A stretch of 64,000 nt of DNA from Lama glama (lineage: Eukaryota): the NCBI GenBank assembly GCA_028534125.1, contig CM052828.1, positions 60,822,001-60,886,000 of the forward strand, written 5' to 3'. The notes below the pieces were generated by a model. It worked only from the letters and a program-made list of their open reading frames with translations, was not told the DNA's origin and did no database searches. Every line of letters begins with the position of its first letter. Position 1 is the stretch's first letter. The position numbers and the translations under genes were made by a program. Below are positions 47,091 through 58,770 of this stretch, piece after piece.

Positions 47091-49791
47091 AACAGCATAT
47101 GAATTTATAGTTGTCTAAAAAATGTCCCTCATTGCCAAGTCCACACATACGTGCTGCGTTGGACGGTTTTGCCAAGACGTAGACTCTTACTTGAAGTGGG
47201 AAGGAGAGGGAGAAGCTTTCCTCTAGGCAGCTGTGACCTTGACGGGCTCAAGATGAGTGCCTGCTGCAGAGTTCTGTGTCCAGATCTCCATGTTTAACTA
47301 GGTGTTGGGGGCGTTTAGCTCAAGCTCAGTGACCATGGTGTTGAGCCTTGGGAAGTACTGCCTCTAAGTTCAGGCTTCAGTAAATGACATTTCTGAAATG
47401 AAATCTGGTGTGTTTAAATACTCAGCACAGGGGAAGGAGGCGGAGGCATCAGCCCACATCCCAGGGGAGCTCCAGGCCTTGGAGCTGCTTCCTGCTGCTG
47501 CAGCCTCCCAGGGAGCCCCAAGTCAGCTCCCGGGCCCTCCCCCAGCCCCTCCCCCACTGCCCCCAGGGCCCTCCTAGCCCCTCCCCCACTGCCCGGCCCC
47601 CTCCCTGTGCCCCTTCCCCATTGCCCCTGGGGGCCCTCCACAGACACACCCCCCTCCCCGGTCTGTTTCCTGGGGACCTCAGCGATGAGGCAATTCCTGC
47701 TCACCTCGTTCCCCACGTCCCTGCCCCTGCTCCCCTGGGCTCGAGAGGACCCCCGGTTCTACAGCACCTGAGTGCCTGCACCCCTCCCCTGGACCTGGTT
47801 GGTACTTCGCGGATTGTTTGGTGGGGAGTGTCTGAAGATGGATGACAAAATCAAATTTACATTTGTTACTATTAATTTTCTAAAGAAAGTAATAAGCCAA
47901 CTTCCTAATTACAGACAGGCGTGTCCTCCGGGCTTACTGTTTCGGACCAGCGGCCGGTGGGGCGGGAGCGCGCGCAGTGCAGCCGGGCTCCTGAGACACC
48001 GCTTTATCTGTCCCGTCAGTCACCCCTATGGTTAGCCGTTTCCTTCCCACGCAGACTCCAGACCCACCGCCGGAGCGGGCCCCATGCAGTTACCCAGGCA
48101 GCGACAGTTACAGGCCCGTTTCGGAGGCAGATTCTGTCTTTATGACAAATGGTTGATGCCCAGAATGTCCAAGGGCCCTTGGGTGTGAGTCTGTCCCGTG
48201 GGCAGGTGCCTGGGGTGCCCCTCTGCGGCTGAGTCAGCTTTGCTCCCTGCAAGGGGACAGGACGCCCCACGTTGCTGGGTGCGGCGAGGGGCACTGTTTT
48301 GCATCAGGACTTACTCTGCGTTTTTCATGGCCTGGAAGGAACGCCCCAGCTGTGATTGCTGCAGGATGTGGTGGAGGACTGGCCATCTGACACGTGTCTG
48401 TGGGGTTTTAGCCACTGGTATCTGTCTGCTCTGGGTTCCATCAGACGAAGGTGGACACCAGCTGACTGTCCGGAGCCACCAACTGACTGCCTGGGGGGTG
48501 CGGGAGCCTGGGATAGGGCCGTGGTCTCTGTTTCACAGGGTTCACTCTGCAGGGCATAAAAGGAGTTCAGAAGCAGAAACGGGATGGGCAGGAGCCCTGC
48601 GGTGCCACCGGCCGCTGTCCCCGGGGGGAGGCTGTGCAGCCCTGGTTTGGCCCCTGAGCCCCAGCCCCAGGGGCTGCCAGGATCCCTGTTTCCTGGCCTT
48701 TTGCCCACGGCCTCCCAGCGGGAATCTGGGAGCTGCACCCAGGCCGAGTATCCCCTCCCTGCGTCCCGGCGTGGGGGCACCCTCGCTCGGGAGGGGCTTG
48801 GGGGCTGCGTTGTGGCACTTACACTCCAGGCTTAATTCAGCCTGTTTCTGGATCTAGTATAGACGGGGTCGCAGTTCACGTGTGCTCTGCAACTCACCAC
48901 ATGGCCCGTGCCCACTGCCACATGGTCCTCCGCGTGGCCATGACTCAGAGGCTCATCCGTGCGCTGCCTCTGGGCCACGCACACGTTGGTGTGTGGACTG
49001 TGCCAGGCAGTGCAGAGCTGGTTGCTGGATGTCGTCAGCAGCTTCACTTCAGTTCCCGAGGGACGCACCACCACCGAGCCTGGTGCCCCGTCTGTACACG
49101 GTGGTGCGTACTTGTTGGCTGTTGGCCCAGGCGGAGTGGAGCCCGGGGAGGGCAGGAGTCCCCCTCAGCACTCACCTGGAGCCAGTGCCCAGGAGAGGGG
49201 ACAGGCCCAGATCCCTTCATCAGATGGACGCTGGCTCCGCACCCCACTCGCGGGTGACGCTGCCTGTCCAAGGCTGTGGGTGTCTTCAGAGTGTCCTTTC
49301 TGAGCCTCCCCGCCTCCTTGCTCCCCACCTCCAACGCGGTATAAGATGTCACAGGAAGCGGGCACCCAGGCCTGGCGGGGCAGCTCCTGTTACCTCCCAG
49401 GAGGCGCGTCTCCGCCTCCCCAGAGCCACCCACCTGTCTCTAGAGGGCAGGATCCCAGGGCACCTGGATTCTCAGAACCCGAGCTGCACCCCTCTCCAGC
49501 GCTCCTGTTTCACACCTCTCTTCGTGGCTAACTTTCCAGAATGGTTGCTGAGGATGGCTTTGGTATCCAGGGATCACGTTACCTTCTGCCTTCCCACCTG
49601 GGCTCCCTGCTGCCTCTCGACTTCCTGGGACAGGAGCTCTGGGGCTCAGATCCTCTGCGCAGTGTGGGGTCTGGCACCCTACCTAGCTGGCCCTTAGTTA
49701 GCCGTGAGGGACTTTGGGGATGACATTCCAGTTGACACATGACGACGTTTCCCTGAAACAAACACTTGTTTTTAGGTCTGCGTTAACACGT

Positions 49792-49982
49792 GTCTGAGTT
49801 TGAACCCGGCCTCTGCCACTTTACCAGCTGTGTGACCTTGGGAGAGTTGCTGAACCTCTCTGTGCCTGATTCTGTAGTACAGGGTAGAAATAGTCCCTGC
49901 CTCCTAGATCCCTGTGAAGATTAAATCAGTTCACACTGTAACCCGCTTAGGAGGGTCCCTGGGACACAGTAAGTGCGATAGC
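49792..49982 (+). mobile_element. MIR SINE
   Basis: 'tctgccactttaccagctgtgtgaccttggg..aacctctctgtgcct..gtgaagattaaat..cctgggacacagtaagtgc'. Confidence 0.8.
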
Positions 49983-51812
49983 GTCGCGTGGTTGGTAGGA
50001 TTTTTATACTTTAAGCAAATATTAAATGACTTTTATAGCAAGACAACACCACGTGCTGTGATGTAAGGAAAGAGTAAAGGTTCCATACAGATTGCAAGAG
50101 AGGAGGAGGGAGGTCGGGACTGGCTCGCGTGGCTGTGGGGGTGTGGGGCTGCGGGCTGCAGGCTGGGCCCCGGGAGCTGGGGGTGCACCTGGGTCTGGTC
50201 CGTCTGGCAGAATTCTGTCTCCCCGGGGCGACTTCAGTCTTTTTCTCTTAGAAGGGGGGAGGCCCACCCACACCCACACTCACCCCCGGGAGGGTCACCC
50301 AGACACCCTCAAAATGACCCTCGGACAGTGTGAGCAGAGACCTGGGCTCTGAGGCCAGCAGACCCAGCCCGGCGCAGGAGTTAGCGGCCCGGTCCCGGAG
50401 ACGCACCAGCAGACTGGGCAGAGCGGCAGGCGTGGGGCTGAGGGAAGAACGTCTGGCTGACGAAGGCAGCGGGCTCAGCCAGAGCAGCATGGCCGGAAGG
50501 CCTGCCTTCCCCTGGGTTTGCTTCTGATTTAAAGACAGGATAGACTGGTGGCGGAGCTCCAAGTGTGGACCAGCAGCACCTGGGATCCTGTCAGACATGC
50601 GCGTTCCTCGGCCGCCTGACTTACTGGACGGGAACTCCGGTGGGGGTGCGTTGGCCGTCTGGGGTTAACGAGCCCTCGGGCGGTGCAGTGCACCTCAGGT
50701 TTGGCACTGCCCGGGGATACTTCCAAGCCTGAAGAGCGGAGGGCCAGGCGAAGGGAGAGGTGGCCATGCCTGGAGGAGAGGATGCCCGCCCAGGTGTGTC
50801 TGTGGAGTCTAGAGGGAATGTGGCCTGGGACCAGTTTTGGCCAAGGACAGGTGTGGCTGCTGTTGCCCTGGGACCAGCGGGAAGGTGGATGCACCTCCTG
50901 CACTGTGGGGAGGGCAGGCCTGGCACCTTTGGACGCCCTGCCAGGTGACTGGCCTTCCCTGACATCGGAGGCGGGAGGCTGTGATGATGGGGGCCAACCC
51001 TGGGCTTACCTGGCTGTAGACGCAGCTGGGTTTGCTTGGGCTGGAGCAGCCCAGGGCGTGTCCACAGGAAAGGCTCAACCTCTGCCCTGCAGTCACACCT
51101 TTCCGGACGCCCCCTTCATTGGACGCTACTTTGAACCACACAAAACTGCTGATATTCAGTGAGTTTTGATGTAAAAAAGCCAGCATTTCTTAGATTTACC
51201 CTACACTTTCCCTGCGTGAGTATTACACCTTTATTTGATGCTGCAATGATTTGTTTCCAGATCTTTCCTGCCAGACCCTCGAGCTCAGAGGGCAAATGCT
51301 GTGCCGTCTTCATCCCCCACCCCCACCTCTCTGCCCCACCCCGCCCGCCCCGGGCCTGCAGGCAGCCCTGAGGGATGTGAGCACACAGACTGCTGACAGG
51401 CGCTGCCTGCTGGAATTTCCCAAACCACTGTGGAAGCAGGCACTTCCTCCCGGAACACTCCTGTAATGCCAACCACGAAAGGGCGGCCAGCTCCTGAGTT
51501 AAGGAGAGGCCGGCAGGACCCAGGGAGCACGGTGTTCCCCCGCCTCCCCGGGACGCGGCGCGGTGGCCGCGCACACGCATGACTGGCATTCGCAGGGCAC
51601 TGAGGTGTAGAATGCACTGAGTGGCTTCGTGCCAACCATGGCGAGGTCGCCGGGCCCCAGCCGGCGGTGCGCGCTTCCCTCACTGCGCCTTGCGTCCTCG
51701 CGCAGGCGGCGCTCCTGGGGGAGCGGCCCGTCCCCTGGCCACCTGCGGACCCACCGCGGACCCCCGGGCCCTCCCACCCGCCGACCCGCTCACCTGGCGC
51801 GACCTGGGCGGT

Positions 51813-51879
51813 ATGCGGCGGCGGGGGGAGGGCGCGCTCGGCTGCTGCGGCCTCTGCACCTGCCCGGGGGCGGCCGGAG
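51813..51879 (+). CDS. MCF2L: Candidate alternative first coding exon of MCF2L (MRRRGEGALGCCGLCTCPGAAG)
   Basis: ATG at 51813 (G at -3), 67 nt to strong donor GAG|gtaagg; phase 1 ending in G, as in the other two MCF2L N-terminal exons. Confidence 0.62.
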
Positions 51880-52345
51880 GTAAGGCCGGCGGGCTGCAGA
51901 CGGCGCCGGGCCCCGAGCTCCTCCCTCCAGTCCGGGGAGGGGGCGGGGACCCGGGGCTGGAGGGGTGGGCTGGGCTGCGCCCGCGGGAGCGCTGAGGGCC
52001 GAGGGCCCGGTGGGGTGCGCACGGCGGGCTCCCAGGTGGTCCCGGGGGCGCCGTGACCGAGCGCCCTGGTCACCGCGGGGTGCGCACGCGGGGCTCCCAG
52101 GTGGCCTCAGTAGGTGCACTCGCGGGGCTCCCAGGTGGCCGCGGGGACACGCGGGGCGCGCCGCTTCCGCTTCCGCTGAGCAGCCCACCCCCACCCCCAC
52201 GCGCAGGGCGCGCCCCCTCGGCGGGGCTCGGGGACCAATCCCGGGAAGGCAGCGCCGCCGGCCCCCTCCCCACCGCTACCCCTCCCGCAAGGCGCCTCTG
52301 GTGCAGCGGCGAGCGGGCTGCAGGGCCGTCCTGCGCTGGCGGAGG

Positions 52346-52424
52346 ATGAGGTTCTGGCTGAGAAATGAGGAGATGGCCCTGGAGGAAATGGTGCAGCGAT
52401 TACACGCGGTGTCCAAGCGCACTG
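52346..52424 (+). CDS. MCF2L: MCF2L alternative first coding exon (MRFWLRNEEMALEEMVQRLHAVSKRT)
   Basis: aggATG...ACT G|gtagga; 79 nt, phase 1; matches the recalled human isoform start MRFWLRTEEMALEEMVQRLNAVSKHT. Confidence 0.94.
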
Positions 52425-54749
52425 GTAGGAGGAGCTGCCGGCCCCGGGCCTGCGTTCTTGGGCTTGACATCGTGTGCCGAGTCGGGGAAGCGCGCCTCCT
52501 TCTGTGTAACAGCCTTCATTTCTCTCGCCTAGCGGGGGTAGCGGGAGGACCGGCGATGGCACCTGTCCGGCGCTGACAGGCCCGGCGGCCGTCCGCGCGC
52601 TTTCGCCCGCCTGGGGTGGTGAGCGCCAGCAGATGTGTGTCGGGCTTCCTGGGCGCCCCCAGGCTCGTCGGCGGGCCGAGCCGTTGCCTGGCATCTGCCC
52701 GTTCAGCCTGCATTTGGGCTGCGTGTGCTGCAGTAGCAGTGGAGGAAGCGTCCGTGTTTGCGGCCGGGAAGTCATCTGAGCTGGGGGCTTCTGGAGCGGG
52801 CGTGGGGATGCGGGGCCCATGGGAAGTTCATTTTGAGGAGGGGGAATCGGATTAATCAGGTAGTTCTTTCCTCCACCGAATATAATCTGCCCCCGAGACA
52901 GATGTTTGGAAGTGGCACGGGTGGGGGCTGGAGGGGGCATGGCTGGGCGCTCCTGGTCTGTGTTGATGACACGATGACTTGCAGTAGCTTTGAGGAGCGG
53001 TTCCGGCGGGCTGGCTTGGATTTAGGAGAGCCCTGCGTGGCCGTGTCGGCCGCTTCTGAGCCTTCAGGCTGCGTGTGCGGGGGCGCCCGGCTCGCGCTGG
53101 TTCTCCTCGACATGGAGAGGAAGTAATCGTCTGTCACTGGCAGTGAGCTGCCCGGTTTTTGCCCGGTGTTGCCATGTGTTACGGTCAGGCTGTGCCTCGT
53201 CATCTGAATATTACTTTCCTGAGAGACTGGTTTTGCCAGTTGCTTCCCTTAGGTTCGGTGCCCCCCCCAAGCGGGAGACCCCAGCAGACCTGCAGAGCAA
53301 AGCGGGGACTGCGTTTGAACACGCTGTGTGTGATGATCTAACCGAGGCTTTGGGAGACATTCAGCTTTTACCGGCGATTTCTGTGATGAAAGCGACTGGA
53401 TTTATTGTATGTGGGTCGGGAGCAAATAAAGTCGTTTTATGCCATCTGGTCCCTTGTTCTTAGCTGGCTCCCCTTTCTCTGAAACGCAAGTCGCGTTCTG
53501 TTTGGTGCAGGATTTGGCGTGGGGCTGAGGTGAAGGACACGGCCCGCAGGTTCCCAGCATGGAGGGGAGGGCCGCCCTCCACGCCCTCTGCACTGGGCTG
53601 GAGTCAGGACTGCAGAGCCAGCGGGAACTGTGCCAAAGAGTGATGTCATTCCCTGCGCTTCAGGGATGGAGGCTTCTTCGTGAGCTGGAGAGACGCATGT
53701 GCACTTTGCATTGTACAAAGGCTGTCTCCCGCGGGCAGGAGGCTGCTCACCACCCACTGAAGCCAGGCCCCGCAGGGACCGCCACCCCCTGAGCAGCGAC
53801 CCCCACATATGTGTCCTTTACACACCTGTGCCACCAGTGGTCTCAGATTTCATCAGGACTCTGCAATCCAGGGCAACACAGCCCTGGTCTGATGAACGTC
53901 CGGTCTGGCTTAGTTAGGGGAGAGGACCCCAGGTTCCTCCTGTGAGCACCTCCTTGCCCTGGCTTTCACACACAACATGGGTGGCACCACCGGATGGAGG
54001 CTGTGAGGTGTGGTGCCAGGCTGGGCGTCATGCGGTGTAGACAGTGCCACCACCCAGCGTGGGCGGGTCACGCGGGCTCTGTTGGGGACGGGGACGCTGG
54101 TAACCTACTCACCCACGCGAGCCGACTTCTTTCTCCTGGGAAGAAGCCCCCGCCTGCGGCACAGCGGCTTCTTGCCTGGAGGTCCTGGCGTCACCTGGGC
54201 TCGTCTGGCCTCCAGGGGCGTTCGGACGTCAGTTTGCATGTGCTGCTGCTGTGATTCAGGGCAGGGGGGGTCCAAGCTGAGCGCTTGGACCCTCCCTGAC
54301 CTCTCACAGACCTGCACCCTCGGTGGATCCACCTTGAACTGGTCGGTTTTATCCGTGTCTGCTGTCCGGACCCGCGGCTACCTTGTTTTAACTTCAGGTT
54401 TGCAGTTGCTCTGACGGCTCCAGGACGTTCGTTATCTGGATTAGTCCTGTGAGGGAGGCTGCGGCTCGCTGCCCATGTGGCCTGTGGGTCCGCGTCTGTT
54501 GGCTTTGAGAATTTACTTTCTCTTTACCCTTGAACTGAATCTTTAATCGCAAGGCCAGGAGCCCTTTCCAGCGGCCAGAGCTCTCCTTCCATGTGGAAGG
54601 GCTCCTTTTCCAGCATTTTCATGACTTCGGTTCCCTCTCTAGATGTGCAGGAGGTGGTGAGCAAGTGCGAAACGCCTGGGAGAAATGCTCTCGCATCTCG
54701 TTAGTTGATGTGAGCATTTGCCCAACAGGAGGAAATGGCCCCACTGAGC

Positions 54750-54892
54750 CCCTAGGTCACCCGCAGGGAGTCATCGCAGGTACCCCCTCCCCCGTGCAGC
54801 TCCTGAGTCAGGAAGCCGGGGGCAGGGCCTGAGAATTTGCATTTGTAAGTTCCCAGGTGATGCTTGGACGCAAACCTGGAGACCCACTAGTG
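54750..54892. mobile_element. MER5A-like hAT MITE
   Basis: 'gggcctgagaatttgcatttgtaagttcccaggtgatgct'. Confidence 0.7.
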
Positions 54893-56129
54893 GCAGGTTA
54901 GAGGAAGGGTCTTTACATCTAGCGCCACCTTCTCTGCTAACCAGCCTTGAGCGAAATACCAGCTCCCATCGTGGATGGATGGCTGGACGGCTGGACGAGC
55001 GCAGGGGTGCGTGGGTCGCGTACAAGACAGTAGAAATGTGAGGGGTGTTGTACTTCAGGGTTTTCAAGCCTCCCGAGGGGGCTAGCTGACAAGTTTCAGC
55101 GCTCTGCCTGCTGGGGGAGCAGAGCAGACCATTGCTTTACATCAGACGCCAAGTGCGGCCCGCCTCACTCCTCCAGTCGGAGTTCAGCCGCGGGCCGCGT
55201 GCTCGCTAGTGCGGACGCCGTGCCTCCTGCCCGTTCTGTCCCACCTTCTCACCTTTCACACCGCTCGGGAGGCCGTGTGCTTGCGCAGGCCGCGGGGCCG
55301 CCGCCGTCACCATCACCGAGGAGAAGTCCCGTCTCCGGAGTGGTCGTGCAGGGGCTTGCAATCTTAGCAGACGCTGCCGGCGTGAGGACCTGGCCGTGTG
55401 CCGTGTGCACAATGGTCGTAGCAGAGCCCCCTCGGAAGCAGGCTGTCAGGGACCAGGAAGTAGGAGAGGAAATGGCCCGGGGCCCCCTTGCTGCACTGTA
55501 ACTATTAACACTTGAGAAACATGGCCACCAAATGTTTCCCAAGCCTCCGCTCCCCGTCGGGTGGGAGCTGTAACCATTGTCACTACGGGAAAATAATTTT
55601 AAAGTCCCTGGGGGTCCGTTGATCCTCAGTTTAACCAAATGGAGTTTCTGCAGCTTAATTCTAGCAGGCGAGGCTGCCTCTCCCATATCTGCTCATCTCC
55701 GCCAGTTACTCCCCATCCAGGGGGCGCTCTCCATCTGTCTAAACCCACTGCTTCCCCAGCATCACCATCTCTGTGAAGCACACGCTGTTAATCTTTGTCT
55801 TTGGGCTGGTGCCGTTATGAGCAGTGTTTTCACACTTCTGCATTTCTGATCAGTTAAGGATTTATCTGCTCACGTTGATTGTATACCTCTGACCTAAGAG
55901 AAAGAAATATTTGTTACATTTTGCAAAATGTTTGCAAGCTAACGGTAGTTGTCCCATGCACATAAAAATCGAGTTGCCTATGTTAGAGTTAAGCCTTGAA
56001 GTTAAAATGTAGCAGTGTCCTCAGGGTGCTATTTGGATGAAGTGTAGCGTGAGGCTTCCCGCCTTGGGGGTGGTAACAGTGCCGCTTGAAGAGCCGGCGT
56101 GCGGGTTGGAATCGGTGATGGGAGAGGTG

Positions 56130-56205
56130 ACCCTGGGTCCAAGCCCGGCACCACGGTCCGTCAGCAAGTGCTGCCTTGGTCTCCCCATCTGTAAAATGGG
56201 CCAGG
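56130..56205 (+). mobile_element. MIR core fragment
   Basis: 'gccttggtctccccatctgtaaaatggg'. Confidence 0.5.
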
Positions 56206-58661
56206 AGAGGGGCTGACGTGAGCAGTGCTGTCCTCACCTGTCACACACGCACGTGCTCACAGCTCAGCACATCTCTGCCTCTGTTGTATGTTACCAGCGT
56301 GTCATTCGACTGATGTCTGGATGATGAAGTCTGGGGATTCTCCAGGCGAGTGAGAAAGAAAAGGAAGCCTTGGGTGGGGAGTCCAAGAGGAAGGGACCAG
56401 GGGCCAGTCACACAGACGGGATTCTCTGAGGCGACGCAGATGCACAGAGAACAGACCCCCGTGCGTCTGGGCCTCAGAGCCCACGAGGGAGCCTTCCCCA
56501 GCTCGAATCCCAAAGAGTCAAACACTGAGAGGATATCGGACTTTTGGGGGGGAGACGTTCAAGGAAACTTAGAGTGGGAAATACAAAAGGGCTGATGGTT
56601 CTTTCTCAGTTTTAGGGAGATTAGGTGCCCTTGTCGTGCCTAGGTCGGGGTTTCAGCAAATGTTCATGGTTTTTGCTCGATTCCGTTAGTAACTGCGTGA
56701 AGGGATTGAGTCCAGTCCCCAGAGCACGACCAGTCTCACCATCACAGCATGTGGCTGTGGTCCTTAATTCATCAAAGGGTGGAACGAGGATGAAGTGTCA
56801 CTGAAGACACTTCAGGCAAGATTTCAGAGAAGGTGCGCTGGTGCCCCAGGATGCCTTCACTTTTGGAAGGTGCGCTGTCTTTACAGACAGAACCTTTTAG
56901 GGCTTTGGTTTCTGAATCCTTAAGGGGGGGATCACGTCATTTGATATTTAAATGATAACAAAACATGGGAAGCTGTTGAATGCACAAAGATGGCAGGTTT
57001 CCGTGACTCATCCGTTTCTGTGCCCCCACCAGCTCTGACGGGACTGAAGTTTTTACTGTTTTCCTTCCGAAACCCACCCTTGGTTTTGGCAGGGCCGCAG
57101 ATTTCGTTCCCACGGGCTCTTCAGTTCACTCCCCGGGTGCTTAGGGGGCAGAACCAGGGCTTGGCAGCCAGTCCAGCGTGTCCACCGTGGCGGCATGTGA
57201 CGGCGAGGTTCCGCCTGGACTGGAGGCGTCCTGGGAGCAGTCTCCGACACCACCATCGCGTCACGTGATCTGTGTCAGAACCAGAGCGTGTCACTGCCGC
57301 GTGCTGGCCCAGCTCAGGGAAATCCTTTATGTAAAGTTGGTCCAGCCACGTTCCAACCTGTGTCTCTGAGAGGTTAACGCAGACAGAGCAGGAGGGACCT
57401 CAGTCACCTTGTCGTCCGTCGTGTGCTGTGGGAGCTTTCTAGTCATCTGACTCGGGCATAACTCCAGCCGTCGTCGTGGCTGGTCACGCAGGTGTGATGT
57501 GTCCTTGATTGAAGGGAATTAAGTGTGTCGTTTAAAAGCTCGTTTCTAAGAGTGGCCAGTTCTAGACTCTCTGAAGGCCTGTTTCTCCACAGACGGCTCC
57601 CTTCCTGGATTACAGAAGCCTCGGGGCTTTAGAACCAGAGCGTGCCTTACAGCTATCTCGATGGCTCGGCTCCCAGAACTTTCTTAGTTGGAGGGAAGAC
57701 ATGCTACTCAGCGTTGCTACTCGATGCCCCTACCAATAAACGTGGAACAATCTGGGGGGCCTGGCCGTGTGGCTGCCCCAGGAACCGTCACCAAGTAGGA
57801 CCGCGAGGTTGTGGCCAAGAGCAGTGCCAGGTGACGGGGCTGGGACCCGGCGCTGAGCTCGGGGAGGGAGGAGGGCTGGTCCGCTGTGTGGACCTCAGTG
57901 CTGACCAGACACGGAGACCATGCAGCAGGAGAATGAATCACACGACGCAGGGGCACCGGTCGGGGAAGAACCCAGGGAAGGATGAAATCGGGGCGGTGCC
58001 TGTCTGTGGGGAGGAGGCGTGCTCCGCGGGGCCGGGGTGGCGGGGGCCCCTCGGGCAGGTTGCTCAGCTGCGTGCGCCAGCCTCGTGTGAATCCACCCAT
58101 CAGGCATGAGAGCCACGTGAGAAGGGAGAGGGACCCTTTTCGCACTGGGTTCCAAGCATGGTCTGCATCTTCGGTGCTGCGGCCGCTGCTCCCGCCCGCG
58201 TCGGCCCTGGAAGGAGCAGTTTCGGCCGCCTGGCGTCTCCCTTGGCTTCAGACCTTCCCTGAGTGGCTCCCTGCTCCCCCGGCATGATTAGTCTTAGACC
58301 CTTTTACTGCCCCAAACCATAATGCTTATTGACAGGAATTGCTTCGTAACTTGAGGCCGCGTTGTCTAAAATTCACCCCTGGACCCAGAAGGGTTAGTCC
58401 AGTTCCCGTGAGGCCTGTGGCTCCTTCACCTCCTGGCCACGCTCACACGCGGAGGGCGGCCAGTGTCCTGTGAGGAAGCCCTTGGACCGCGGGTGTCTGT
58501 GTTTTCACGGGGGCTGTTCACGGGGAGGAAGTGCCCGCCGAGGGCTGGGAAGACCCCGCAGAGTCCCGGGGTGCTCTGAACCACGGCTGTGGGTGTGCAA
58601 GAGGAAGAAACTACCAGATGGTGAATGAGGCTCCTGGTGCAGCTGTGACTTTTGGAAAAGG

Positions 58662-58770
58662 TTTTACTTAATTTTTAAACTTTATTTACTTACTGGAGGT
58701 ACTGGGGATTGAACCCAGGACCTCATGCATGCTGAGCACACTCCCTCCACTGAGCTACACCCTCCTCTCC
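58662..58770 (-). mobile_element. tRNA-derived SINE (camelid-type)
   Basis: 'ggaggtactggggattgaacccaggacctcatgcatgctgagcacactccctccactgagctacaccctcc' with T-rich tail upstream. Confidence 0.82.

Larger units (their letters stand above)
51500..52800 (+). promoter_or_regulatory. MCF2L: CpG island, proximal MCF2L promoter(s)
   Basis: Extreme CpG density, tandem ETS-type CTTCCGCTTCCG (52164-52175), GC boxes; contains two phase-1 donors (51879, 52424). Confidence 0.85.

Noticed and set aside
51965-52345. 127-codon in-frame extension upstream of MRFWL
   Set aside because: No ATG, extreme GC, runs through a tandem repeat; expected by chance in a CpG island.
56420-56780. Possible LTR fragment
   Set aside because: Faint resemblance only; no family could be assigned from sequence alone.
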